Source of the DNA: an uncultured delta proteobacterium
Lineage (GTDB): Bacteria; Myxococcota_A; Polyangia; Fen-1088
Direction of reading: 5' to 3'
Assembly: GCA_963796685.1 (NCBI GenBank)
Contig: CAWCMR010000013.1
Span: 128,001 to 192,000, forward strand
Length of the DNA stretch: 64,000 nt
This document shows positions 40,231 through 50,135 of this stretch, one piece after another. The notes below the pieces were generated by a model. That model was given only the letters and a program-made list of their open reading frames with translations, did no database searches and was not told the DNA's origin. A program made the position numbers and the translations under genes. Within the stretch, counting starts at the first letter, position 1, and each line of letters starts with the position of its first letter.

Positions 40231-41343
40231 ATGCTGGCTATTCAAGGGGTTTGCCAAGTCGTTCTCGCTTTTCTTCTTGCCGTAGGGGCTGCCCCCGGCG
40301 GCGGCGCCAAGCGTGGCGCGACCGAGCTTGAGCGCGGGCAAGCACTGTTCAAGGCCGGCGATCTCACGGGCGCCTTGCAAGCCTTCGACAACGCGGCCAA
40401 GGCCGACGTGAAGGATCCACGCGCGCCCTATCTGCGCGGCGTGGTCCTCGAAAAGAAGAACGACGTGGCGGGCGCCGAAAAGGCGTATCGCGAGGCCATT
40501 GCCCGCGACGGACACTTCGCCCCGGCTCACAACAACCTGGGTGCCATCTTGCTCGGCAAGAACGAGCTTCCCGCCGCGGAGAAGGAGCTCCTGGCTGCGA
40601 CGGCCAGCGATCCTAGGAACGCCGGCGCCGCGTTCAACCTGGGGCTTCTGCGCGAGGCCGAGAAGCAGCCCCGCGAAGCCGCGACCGCGTATCGCAAGGC
40701 CTTGCAGCTCAACCCCAACGATGGCACCTGCCACGCCAATCTGTGTTCCGTCCTGCGCAAGGTGGGCGACGTGGATGGCGCCATCGCCGAGTGTCGCCAG
40801 GCCGCTCGCCTCATGCCGGAGAGCGCGGTGGTGCTGACCAACCTGGGGCTGTTGCTGTCCGACAAGAAACAGCTCGACGAGGCACGGGAACAGTTGCGCC
40901 TGGCCACGCAGAAGGACGCCAAGTTCGCGCCGGCGTGGACTGGCCTTGGCCGGGTGGAGATGCGGCGCAAGCAGGCCGCGGCAGCCGTGGAGGCGTTGAC
41001 CAAAGCGGCCAAGCTCGAGCCCAAGGATGGCGGCGTGGCGGCCGACCTTTGCCGAGCGCTGGTCCAGAAGGACATGCGCGCCCGACTCGCCGAGGAGGAA
41101 TGCCGGCGGGCCGTTACCCTAGATGCGAAGAACGGACTGGCCCACTACGAGCTGGTCAAGATCCTCGTCGCTCGCGGTGACTGCAAAGGAGCCAAGGCCG
41201 AGGTGAGCAAGCTGGGGACGATCGACCTGGCGAAGGGGCAGGCCCAGGCCCAAGCCGAGGAGATCCTCAAGACCTGTGTGCCCGGCAAAGCCGTCAAGCC
41301 CGCAGCCGGTGCCAAGGGGGGCGAGCGACGAAAATTGAATTAA
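40231..41343 (+). CDS. Secreted TPR-repeat protein
   Basis: N-terminal signal-like stretch; canonical TPRs (AHNNLG, AFNLG, TNLG, WTGLG). Confidence 0.8.
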   Translation: MLAIQGVCQVVLAFLLAVGAAPGGGAKRGATELERGQALFKAGDLTGALQAFDNAAKADVKDPRAPYLRGVVLEKKNDVAGAEKAYREAIARDGHFAPAHNNLGAILLGKNELPAAEKELLAATASDPRNAGAAFNLGLLREAEKQPREAATAYRKALQLNPNDGTCHANLCSVLRKVGDVDGAIAECRQAARLMPESAVVLTNLGLLLSDKKQLDEAREQLRLATQKDAKFAPAWTGLGRVEMRRKQAAAAVEALTKAAKLEPKDGGVAADLCRALVQKDMRARLAEEECRRAVTLDAKNGLAHYELVKILVARGDCKGAKAEVSKLGTIDLAKGQAQAQAEEILKTCVPGKAVKPAAGAKGGERRKLN

Positions 41344-41400
41344 AACCTTAACGTTAAAGCTTGTTAGCAAGACATTGTTCTAATTGAGTAAATCGTTTGA
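41335..41400 (+). promoter_or_regulatory. AT-rich putative promoter of the redox operon with palindrome TTAACGTTAA
   Basis: Perfect 10-bp palindrome at 41348-41357 and near-palindrome TTGTTAGCAA at 41361-41370, just upstream of the cytochrome gene. Confidence 0.4.
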
Positions 41401-41410
41401 GATCTTCGTC

Positions 41411-41908
41411 GTGAGTTTTCGTCGCATCGTCACCGTAGCGGCGGCGTTTCTCGTGCTGATCGCGAACCCGGGTTGCCGTCGGCAGGTGCCGGTCAAGCAG
41501 CCGTTGTCGATCAGCCACAAGCGGCACATGGAAGCGGATATGAAGTGCGTGAGCTGTCATCCGGGCGCCGAGGATCAGGCGGTGGCCGGCTTTCCCGTCG
41601 TGGCGGACTGCATGGACTGCCACGACAAGGCGCGCGGGAACAGCCCCGACGAACCGAAGGTGCGGGACTACGCCAAGCGGGGCCAGGAGATCCCCTGGGT
41701 GCGCGTCGACAAGCTGCCGGGCCACGTCTATTTTTCGCACGCCGCCCACGTGACCCTGGCCAAGATGAAGTGCGAGGATTGCCACGCGGGCATCTTGTCG
41801 GCTACGCAATCGCTGACCTTGCCCGACGTTCACCAGACCATGGAAGACTGCATGCGCTGCCACCAAGAGCGCAAAGCCAGCAACCAGTGCAAAACGTGTC
41901 ACAAGTGA
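41411..41908 (+). CDS. Pentaheme c-type cytochrome (QrcA/ActA-like)
   Basis: Five CxxCH motifs (CVSCH, CMDCH, CEDCH, CMRCH, CKTCH), IPWVRV..LPGHVYFSH..H typical of ActA/QrcA, N-terminal anchor ending NPGC. Confidence 0.9.
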   Translation: MSFRRIVTVAAAFLVLIANPGCRRQVPVKQPLSISHKRHMEADMKCVSCHPGAEDQAVAGFPVVADCMDCHDKARGNSPDEPKVRDYAKRGQEIPWVRVDKLPGHVYFSHAAHVTLAKMKCEDCHAGILSATQSLTLPDVHQTMEDCMRCHQERKASNQCKTCHK

Positions 41909-41911
41909 GCC

Positions 41912-44137
41912 ATGCCTGACATCGGACGACGTGGATTCCTGGGCGGCGCGGGCCTCTTGGCCTCGGTGGTCGCGGGTTGTCGGCCGGGCCGGGATCCCTA
42001 CACGGCGCAAAAACCGTCCGTACCTGTCGAGCCCGGGCTGCGCCCGGGCAGCGAGAAATTCGTCTCCACCACCTGCGGACTGTGCCAGGCCGGCTGCGGC
42101 TTGCGCGTACGCGTCGTGGACGGTCGCGCGGTCAAGGTTGAGGGCAGCCCGGAATCCTCGGTGAATCGCGGCGGCTTGTGCGTGCGCGGGCAGGCCGGGC
42201 TGGAGGTGCTCTACCATCCCGACCGCATTCGTGGTCCCAGGCGCAGGGTCGGCGAGCGAGGGCAGAATCGCTGGCAGGAGCTCTCTTGGGACGAGGCCAT
42301 CGCAGAGCTGGCGGCCGAGCTGAACAAGCTGCGCGCCGCGGGCGCGCCACAATCCCTCGTGGTGTTGGACGGGGAGCGCACGGGCACCACGCACGCGTTG
42401 TGGGCGCGCCTTCTCGAGACGTTCGGCAGCCCCAACCACATCGGGCACGGCGCCACCGGGGTCGGGGCCATGGCACGGGCCGTGCGCCGTCTGACCCGCA
42501 AGACCTCCCTGCCGGCCTACGATTTCGAGAGTGCGCGATGCGTGCTTTTGGTGGGAACCGGGACGCTCGAATCCTCGCCCCATTTCATTCACCTGGCGCG
42601 CGCGCTGGCGGGCGAGGCGCGCCCACGCCTGCTTTGCGCGGCGTCGCGTCTGCCGCCCATGGCAAGCGTGGTGGACGAGTGGCTTTCCCTCGCTCCCGGC
42701 GGTTCGGCGCCCTTGCTGCTCGGACTGCTGCACGTCCTCCTGCGCGAGCAACTGGGCGACGAGTCCGTTCTCGAGGGGGCCAGCGGGTTTCTGCCCTGGG
42801 CCGACCGCGCCGGCACCCGACACGGCGGTCTGCGCGAACAGGTGTTGTCCGACTTCTCGCCCGACAGGGTCGAGGCGTGGACCGGGATTCCGGCGGCGCG
42901 GATCGCGGAGCTCGCCCGGGAGCTGGTCGCCGTTCGGCAGTCGGTGGTGGTGGTCGACGAGGGGACGTGCGACCCGGCCACCGCCTTCGCGGCGCTGCTG
43001 GTCAACGCCCTTGTCGGCGCCCTCGACGTGCCCGGCGGGATGCGCCTCGATCCTGCAGTGCCGCTCGCCGATTTCGGCGCGACCGACCTCGATGAGGTCG
43101 CCCGCATGGGCCTGCGCTCGCCCCCCGTCGACGGCCGTGCTCCAGGCCAGAGCGATTTCCAAGCTTCGCGGCTCCTTGGGCTACCCGAGGCGATTCTGTC
43201 GGGCAAGCCCTACGCGACCAAGGTCCTGCTGCTGAGCTACTCCAATCCCGCGTACTCGAAGCCCGACCCGCAACGCTGGCACGAGGCCATCGCCAACGTT
43301 CCTTTCGTCGTGTCCTTTTCTCCCGTGCTCGACGAATCGGTGCTGTCCGCCGACCTGTTGCTGCCCGATCACACCTTCTTCGAGCGCTGGGATGTGGTCG
43401 TGCCCGAGGGCAGCGCGGGGGTGCTGTCGCTGCGCCAGCCTGTCGTGCGCCCGCTTGCGAACACGCTGCAGACCGGCGAGGTCCTGCTGCGCTTGGCCCG
43501 TGCCCTCGGTCCGACCGTCGCCAGGGCTTTCCCCTGGCCCGACTACCAGGGGGCCGTGCAAGCCGGGCTCGGAAACGTGGAGGGGGGCGCCGAGGCCGTG
43601 CTGAGCGCGCTCGAATCCGCGGGCCAGTGGGGGCTCGACCCGGCGAAGCCAGAGGGCTCGGATCCCGACGGCGAGCGCCCGCTTACCCGACTCTTCGACG
43701 TGCGGGAGACGCTGTCGTCCGTGCCGGCGCCCACGGTAGGCGATCCGGTGCGGTTCCCATTCGTGTTGTTGCCGGTTCGCGGTCCGGGGTACGCCGAGGG
43801 GGGAAGGCGGTACCTTCCTTGGCTGTGCGAGCTGCCCACGCGGTCCGGAGATCCGCGCAAGGAGCGTGTGGAGATTTCGCTGGAGGATGCGCGAAGGCTC
43901 GGCATCGAGGATGGCGATGCCGTCATCGTGGAATCACCCGCGGCCCAGATCGAGATGTGGGCCGAGGTTCGCGCCGATATCCGGCCGGGCGCGCTGGCCG
44001 TGCCCTTGGGGGGCGGCCCAGGGCCCGCCTATGCCGCCGCGCCAGGCGCCGCCAGCTTGCTCGTCGGACTCGCCGACGCGACCTCGGGGCACTGGTTCGC
44101 GTACGCCACCCGCGCGCAAGTGAGGAAGGGCGCATGA
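41912..44137 (+). CDS. Molybdopterin-oxidoreductase-fold subunit (QrcB/ActB-like), Tat-exported
   Basis: GRRGFL Tat motif then VAGC; FS0 motif CGLCQAGC...LC; YHPDRI, ADLLLPDHTFFERW and a C-terminal molydop-binding-like region. Confidence 0.85.
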   Translation: MPDIGRRGFLGGAGLLASVVAGCRPGRDPYTAQKPSVPVEPGLRPGSEKFVSTTCGLCQAGCGLRVRVVDGRAVKVEGSPESSVNRGGLCVRGQAGLEVLYHPDRIRGPRRRVGERGQNRWQELSWDEAIAELAAELNKLRAAGAPQSLVVLDGERTGTTHALWARLLETFGSPNHIGHGATGVGAMARAVRRLTRKTSLPAYDFESARCVLLVGTGTLESSPHFIHLARALAGEARPRLLCAASRLPPMASVVDEWLSLAPGGSAPLLLGLLHVLLREQLGDESVLEGASGFLPWADRAGTRHGGLREQVLSDFSPDRVEAWTGIPAARIAELARELVAVRQSVVVVDEGTCDPATAFAALLVNALVGALDVPGGMRLDPAVPLADFGATDLDEVARMGLRSPPVDGRAPGQSDFQASRLLGLPEAILSGKPYATKVLLLSYSNPAYSKPDPQRWHEAIANVPFVVSFSPVLDESVLSADLLLPDHTFFERWDVVVPEGSAGVLSLRQPVVRPLANTLQTGEVLLRLARALGPTVARAFPWPDYQGAVQAGLGNVEGGAEAVLSALESAGQWGLDPAKPEGSDPDGERPLTRLFDVRETLSSVPAPTVGDPVRFPFVLLPVRGPGYAEGGRRYLPWLCELPTRSGDPRKERVEISLEDARRLGIEDGDAVIVESPAAQIEMWAEVRADIRPGALAVPLGGGPGPAYAAAPGAASLLVGLADATSGHWFAYATRAQVRKGA

Positions 44138-44970
44138 GCGGGAACGGCCGCAAGGTCGTCACGCGCCGCGAGGTCTTGACCTTGGCCGCGGCCACGGCGG
44201 GTGCGACGTTGGCCAAGACGGCAAGTGGATCGAGCCAAACATCCGTGGCGCCCTCCGCTGCCGCGACGCAAGCGGGCCGGAGACACCGTTTCGGCATGGC
44301 CATCGATCTCGACCGATGCACCCGCTGCCAGGCTTGCGTGGTGGCCTGCGCGGCGGAGAACAATGTACCCCCGCTCGGCCCCGAGCGTGCGGCGCTCACC
44401 CGCCCCATTCATTGGATGGATATGCTGATCCCGGAGGTCGGCGTGGACTCGGAGCTGGGCCGGGGGGCCGCGCCCATTCCGTGCATGCACTGCGAGCAGC
44501 CCGAGTGCGTGCAGGTTTGTCCCGTGGGCGCGACCTACAAGGCGGACGACGGGGTGGTGGTTCAGATCTGGGATCGCTGCATCGGTTGCCGCTACTGCAT
44601 GGCCGCGTGCCCTTACGGACGTCGCTACTACAACTGGACCGAACCTGCTTGGCCCGGCGGCGACCCCTCGAGCGCAAATCCCGACGTCGCCCTTCGCCCC
44701 GCCGGTGTGGTGGAGAAGTGCACCTTGTGCGAGCACCGCATCCGGACCGTCCTCGAACGCGCCCGAATCGACGACGAGCCCGTGACCGATGAAGTGCTGC
44801 AGCGGCTTCCGGCCTGCGCCTCCTCGTGCCCGGCGCGCGCGATTACCTTCGGCGACCTGGCCGATCCGGGCTCCGCACTCTCCAGGCTGGCCAAGGATCC
44901 GCGCGCCGTGCGGCTTTTGGCGCGGTTTGGGACCGGACCCAAGGTGTTCTACTTGCGAGGCGGACGATGA
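44134..44970 (+). CDS. 4Fe-4S dicluster electron-transfer subunit (QrcC/NrfC/PsrB-like)
   Basis: TRREVL Tat-like leader; CTRCQACVVAC, CMHCEQPECVQVCP, CIGCRYCMAACP, KCTLC...PACASSCP. Confidence 0.92.
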   Translation: MSGNGRKVVTRREVLTLAAATAGATLAKTASGSSQTSVAPSAAATQAGRRHRFGMAIDLDRCTRCQACVVACAAENNVPPLGPERAALTRPIHWMDMLIPEVGVDSELGRGAAPIPCMHCEQPECVQVCPVGATYKADDGVVVQIWDRCIGCRYCMAACPYGRRYYNWTEPAWPGGDPSSANPDVALRPAGVVEKCTLCEHRIRTVLERARIDDEPVTDEVLQRLPACASSCPARAITFGDLADPGSALSRLAKDPRAVRLLARFGTGPKVFYLRGGR

Positions 44971-46454
44971 AGCCTCGTCCACCGGCCGCGTTCATCGCGT
45001 TCATCGCGTTGCTCTTGGCTCTGCTGGGACTCGGCGGCTACGCTTTCCTTCAGCAAATCGTGCGCGGCGATGTCGTCACGGGCATGCGCACGGTGGGGGC
45101 GGGCGGCGCGGTTTGGGGGCTCTATGTGGTGATGGACGGATTTCTCCTGGGTGTGGGGGTGGCGCTCATGGCCTGCGCGTGTGGGGCTCGCTTGTCACGC
45201 GATCGCAACCTGGAGGCCGCCGCACGCATCGCCATGCCCGTGGCCATCGCGTGTTTCCTCGGCGCCGCGCTTTGCGTACTGGCCGATCAGGGACGTCCAC
45301 TGGCCGCGCTGCGCAGCCTTTCACTTTTCGCTCGGCCACGGTCGCCCATGTTCGTGACCTTCAGCTCGGTCGCCGCGGTCTGCCTGTTCGCCAGCCTGGT
45401 CCACTGCGTGCTCTCGCGCAGGGCCGACCTGGCCGAATACGCGAAGCGTCCGTCCCGATGGCAGCCCCTGCAACGCCTGCTTTCCGCCGGGTACCGCGGC
45501 AGCGCGGGCGAGCGCTACCGTCGCCAAAAGGCCGGGTTCTGGATGTCGCTGCTCATGCTGCCCGCGCTGCTGGCGCCGCTCACGGCCTTGGCCATCATCT
45601 TCGTGGTCAGGCCGGCGCGGCCCCTTGCCCTGACCTTGCTCGAAGTGGCCGGCTTTCTCCTCCTCTCGGGCGCGGGGGGGGTGGCTGCCCTGCTTGGGGC
45701 CGCCGCCTTGGTTGGGCGCCTGGCAGGCCGCCACGCCGGGCTCGAGCCGCGCGGTTTCGCCCGGCTGGGCGAGGCCTTGCTGCTCATGGTCTCGCTGTCG
45801 CTTCCGTGCGTGGTGTCGGCCGAGATTGTCGGGCTCTTTTCCCACGAACCAGCGGTTTCGGCCTACGCGCGGGCGTTGCTCGGCAATGCCTACGGTGCTC
45901 TCTTCTGGTGCGAGCTCGCCTGTCTATTCGTCTCGGCCGCGCTGCTATGGCACGGGATCCGGCGCGGACAGCTTGGCTCCCGGTCGGCCGTGGGCGCCGG
46001 GGTGCTGGTGCTGGTGGCGACCTTCTTACACCACCATCTTCTTCTCGTGGCCTGGCAGACGCATGGCCTCTCCTTGCCTTATCGGGCGGGCGTCTACGCT
46101 CCGACCTGGATCGAGTGCGCGGTGGTCGTCGGTATCGTCGCCCTTTGTCTGCTGTTGCTGCTACCTTCGGTCCGCCTCATTCCATTCGCACCGCTCGCCT
46201 TCGAGGGCAAGCCCGTGAAGGGCAGGGCGGTCGATCACCGCCGCTCCCTGGTGACGGCCCTGTGGTTTGTGGGTGGGCTGGTCATCGCGGGGCTTGGTTT
46301 CGCGCTTTCGGCGCGCGTGGGGACCGAGTCCTTTCTCGATCCCGTTTTTGTCGCCAGTCCGGTTGTGTTCATTGTCGGCCTGGTCGTGCTGGCCACGACC
46401 GGGGCGGTCTACGAGCTTCTACCCGAACGCAAGTCGAGACGCCCCGTCGAGTGA
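44967..46454 (+). CDS. NrfD/PsrC-family quinone-interacting membrane subunit (QrcD/ActC-like)
   Basis: VTGM...WGLYV, ADQGRP, RSPM and YAPTWIE motifs; about 12 TM helices including a two-TM C-terminal extension. Confidence 0.82.
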   Translation: MKPRPPAAFIAFIALLLALLGLGGYAFLQQIVRGDVVTGMRTVGAGGAVWGLYVVMDGFLLGVGVALMACACGARLSRDRNLEAAARIAMPVAIACFLGAALCVLADQGRPLAALRSLSLFARPRSPMFVTFSSVAAVCLFASLVHCVLSRRADLAEYAKRPSRWQPLQRLLSAGYRGSAGERYRRQKAGFWMSLLMLPALLAPLTALAIIFVVRPARPLALTLLEVAGFLLLSGAGGVAALLGAAALVGRLAGRHAGLEPRGFARLGEALLLMVSLSLPCVVSAEIVGLFSHEPAVSAYARALLGNAYGALFWCELACLFVSAALLWHGIRRGQLGSRSAVGAGVLVLVATFLHHHLLLVAWQTHGLSLPYRAGVYAPTWIECAVVVGIVALCLLLLLPSVRLIPFAPLAFEGKPVKGRAVDHRRSLVTALWFVGGLVIAGLGFALSARVGTESFLDPVFVASPVVFIVGLVVLATTGAVYELLPERKSRRPVE

Positions 46455-46620
46455 CTAGGAGGCTGGTGTTAAATGGCGGACCGAGCTCTGGCGGAGCGAG
46501 GAGCCCTGGCCGCGAGGCGCGAGGAGGGCGAATACTGGACGTATTGAACCGACGAGCAACGAAGCGGGCGGGGCCCGCAGCCCGCCAAGCGACGGGAGCC
46601 GTTTGACACCAGCCTCCTAG
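46455..46620. mobile_element. MITE (non-autonomous, 166 bp) with 23-bp terminal inverted repeats including CTAG ends
   Basis: CTAGGAGGCTGGTGTTAAATGGC ... GCCGTTTGACACCAGCCTCCTAG (2 mismatches); internal hairpin AATAC-TGGAC-GTATT; no ORF; fills the convergent intergenic space. Confidence 0.8.
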
Positions 46621-49600
46621 GTCTTCTTCCGTCGCGTGCGCCGCTTCAGCAGGGCCGCGCCGACGAGAAGGAATGGGGCGGACCAGCCCAGTCGTCCGGT
46701 CCGGCTCGGGCGTCCGAGCTCGCAGCTGCATCCCGAGCGGTGCAGTCTCGCCTCGGTGATGGCGTCGATGCCTCCGCCATCGCGGATGGTGCCCCCCGAG
46801 CTGCCGCCCAAGGCGCCACCGCCATCGGCCTTGCCACCGGCGCCACCTGGCCCGACAGCGCCGCCCGATCCGAGGACGGTCCCACCTACGCCGGCCGAGC
46901 CGTCTCTGCCGCCGTAGCTGGCGGTGCCACCGCCGCCGCCGTAGCTGGTGGCGTAGCCACCGCTGCCGCCGCGGCTGGTGACGTAACCGCCGCTGCCGCC
47001 ACCGCCGCTGTAGACAGTGGTGTAGCCGCCGCTGCCGCCACGGCTGGTGGTGTAACCGCCGCTGCCCCCGCGGTTGGTGGTGTAACCGCCGCTACCGCCG
47101 CCACCGCTGTAAATGGTGCCGCCGCTGCCGCCGCGGCTGGTGGTATAGCCCCCGGTGCCACCGTAAGAGCCGCCGTATCCGCCGCCTGTTCCACCCGTGT
47201 ACGCGCAGGTTGGGTCGTACAGGCTGCACGAGCCATACCCGTCGCAGGTCGTGCAAGACGCGCAGGGGACCGCAGCTTGGGGGTACGCACAGTTGCCCAC
47301 GCCGTCGCAGGTGGACTTGCAGACCCCGGTGCCTTTCCCGCACTCGTTCTGCGGATCCGTGCCCGCCGGATAGGGGCTGCACTTGCCGGCCTGGCCGGCC
47401 AGGTTGCAGGAAGTGCAGGTCCCGGTGCAGGCATTGTTGCAGCATACGCCGTCCGCGCAGAGGCCCGAGGCGCAGGTCGAACCATCGGCGCACGGCAGTC
47501 CGTTGCTGCTCTTGCAGCTGCCGCTGCCGTCGCAGGCTTGCCCGTTCGTGCAGCTACCGGCCACTTCGCTTCCGGCCGTGGCATTCACGCAGGTTCCCTC
47601 GGACCCGGTGACATTGCACGACTTGCACGGCCCCGTGCAAGTCGCGGATTCGCAGCAAACACCATCGACGCAGTTGCCCGACGCGCAGGACGAGGCGAAC
47701 GCGGCCGTGCAGCCTTCGCCGTTGCCCCAGCCGGTGACCTTGTACTCCCAGGTCTCGTTGCTGTACCCGGTGTTGATGGAGCCGCCGAAGAGCACCGCCA
47801 CGCCGCGCGCGCTGTCGAAGGCCATCGTGGCGCTGTAGCGCGAGGATGGGGTGCTCGGCAAGGCGCGCACGTAGAAGGTCGGGCCCTTGGCGTCGATTTC
47901 CCAGGTCTCGTTGTAGCCCGTGGCGTAGTCGTAGGCGTCGCTGAGCAGGACCTCGCGTTTGCGGATGGAGTCGTAGACGACGTAGATCGCGTAGCCGTAG
48001 TCGAGGGAGTCGCCGGGATCGCGCAAGGCCCAACCCGCCGAAACCGGATCCCATTCCCAAAACGCGCTGAGCGAGGCCGGATAGCCCGAATTGTATTGGG
48101 GTCCGTCGAACAGGAACATCTTCTGTCGCCCCTCATCGTAGGCCATGCTCGGGTATTGCCGAGCCATGGGCGTCGCGGTGGACGCGGCCGGGGTTCGGTT
48201 GGTCCACGTGACCTTGGCTCCGTCCCACTCCCAGACTTCGTTGCTGGGCCCGTAGTTGTACGGAGGATACGGAGCACCTGGTCCGAACATGTAGTTGTTC
48301 ATGCCACCGAAGAGGAGGATCTTGAATCTCGTCGTGTCCGTCACCATGCCGTGTCCGTACAGACCATCCGGGCTGGTCGTGGGCTGAAGCTGCGACCACG
48401 TTCTCGAGGCACTGTTCCATTCCCAGGTGTCGTTGTAGACGGTCTGTCCGTAATAGCTGGTACCGCCGAAGAGGATGAGCGACTTTCTTTGCGGATCGTA
48501 AGCCATGGCGGCGTCCGCGCGGGCAGGCGGCCGTACGTCCGCGGCAACCTGCGCCCAGATGGTGCCGTCCCACTCCCAGAGATCGTCGAGGGTTTGCCCC
48601 GTTATGTCATAACCGCCATAGACGTAGGTCTTGCCGGTCGCCGGGTTGTAGGCCATGCAGTGGTCGGTGCGGGCTGACGGCACATCGAGCGCTGCCGAGC
48701 GATCGCTGAACGCGGGAGTCACCGGGTCGAGCTTCCCAGACCTCGTTGGAAGGGCTGGTGCCGTAGTAGCCGGTGCCCGGGTAGTAGGTCGTTCCGCCGG
48801 CGCCGCCCTTGCCGTAGGGATTGTAAGCCGTGGCGCCGTCGATGACCTCCAGACGCGCCCGCGCATCGTCGGATACCATGGAAGCGTACATGCGCGGGCT
48901 CGGCAGGTTGGCCTCGGCTCCGGTCAGCCGCTGGGTCCAAGCACCCGTCGTCGTATCCCAGTCCCACAAGTCGTTCAGACTGCCGCCCGTGGTCATGTTC
49001 GAGCCGCCGAACACGACGACCTTACCGCGGCTGCCGTCGAAGGCCATGGCATGGGCATAGCGCTCGCTCGGCTTGCTTCCGGCCGCGGTTCGCTCGGTCC
49101 AGGTGCCGGTCGCGGGATCCCATTGCCAGGTGTCGTGCTTCGGGACCCCCGCACCCGAGCTGTCCATCTGCAGGCCACCGAAGAGCACCGCGACGTTGTG
49201 GATGGAATCCCAGACCAGGCCGAGATCGTGGCGCGCGCTGGGGCTGGCCGCGGGGGCCAGCTGCGTCCACGTGTACGTCGTCGGATCCAGCTCCCACGTG
49301 TCCCCGAGCGAGGCGGTCATCCCCGTGCCGTCGTACGAGCTCTGGTCGCTGCGCCCGCCTCCGAAGAGGAGGATCTTGCCCGTAGATTTTTCGTAGACCA
49401 TGCCCTGCTGGGCGCGCGCTGCGGGATGGTTGCCGGCGCTCGTCATGTCGGTCCACACGCCGGTGGCGGGATCCCATTCCCAGGTGTCCTCGTAGTCGTA
49501 GTTGCTGCCGGCGCGACCGCCGAAGAGCACGAGCTTGGCACGCGCGGAGTCGTAGACCATGGTCGCGCCCGAGCGCGCCTGCGGAGCAAGCCCGGTTCCG

Positions 49601-49920
49601 GTCCGGTTCGTCCACTTGCCGGTGGCGGGGCTCCACTCCCAGGTTTCTTGGGTCGGGCCGCCCGTGCCCGTCATCATGTTGAAGAGGGTGCCGCCGAACA
49701 TCACGACGACCTTGCGGCTTTCGTCGAAGGCAGCGGCTTGCAAATAGCGACCGTCGGGGATGGTGCTGGAACCGACCTTCTGCCAGGTGGCAACCTCGGA
49801 GGAGGGCAGTTTGCCCAGCGCCACGCGGGCGGACTCGGTGGGCGAAACCGCCCCTTGGTTTTCCTCGTTGCAGGTGGCGAGCAGAAGCAGAGCTATGACT
49901 GCGCCGTTTCTGGGCTTCAT
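46617..49920 (-). CDS. ~1,100-aa surface protein: lipoprotein signal, 12 Kelch-like repeats, Cys-rich region, Gly/Tyr-rich linker and MYXO-CTERM tail (apparent +1 frameshift near 48733)
   Basis: LLLATC lipobox; repeats of the form P..R...MAYD..R..VLFGG...DTWEWD; removing one base gives EVWE-LDPVT; C-terminal GCSC-hydrophobic-KRRTRRKK. Confidence 0.8.
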
Positions 49921-50063
49921 CGGGGCCTCCTTGGAAGTTTAAGCGAACGCGCGTCGGATTCTGACACGAGTAGAAATCGCTGAGAAGTGGGTGCGATCAC
50001 TGCGCGACCAAGGAACAGTGTCGCAAGACACCGATTCCTTACAGATCCCGCGTTTCTCGGGCA

Positions 50064-50079
50064 AGCAAGATGCACGCCA
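50064..50079 (-). promoter_or_regulatory. Putative sigma-54 (-24/-12) promoter for the Kelch/MYXO-CTERM gene
   Basis: Minus strand TGGCGTGCATCTTGCT matches TGGCACG-N4-TTGC(A/T) with exact GG-N10-GC spacing, about 145 nt upstream of the ATG. Confidence 0.5.
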
Positions 50080-50135
50080 TGCGGATCCCAATCAAAGGAG
50101 GCGAAAGGTAGCCCAGGTATTGGAGAAAAGCGAAA

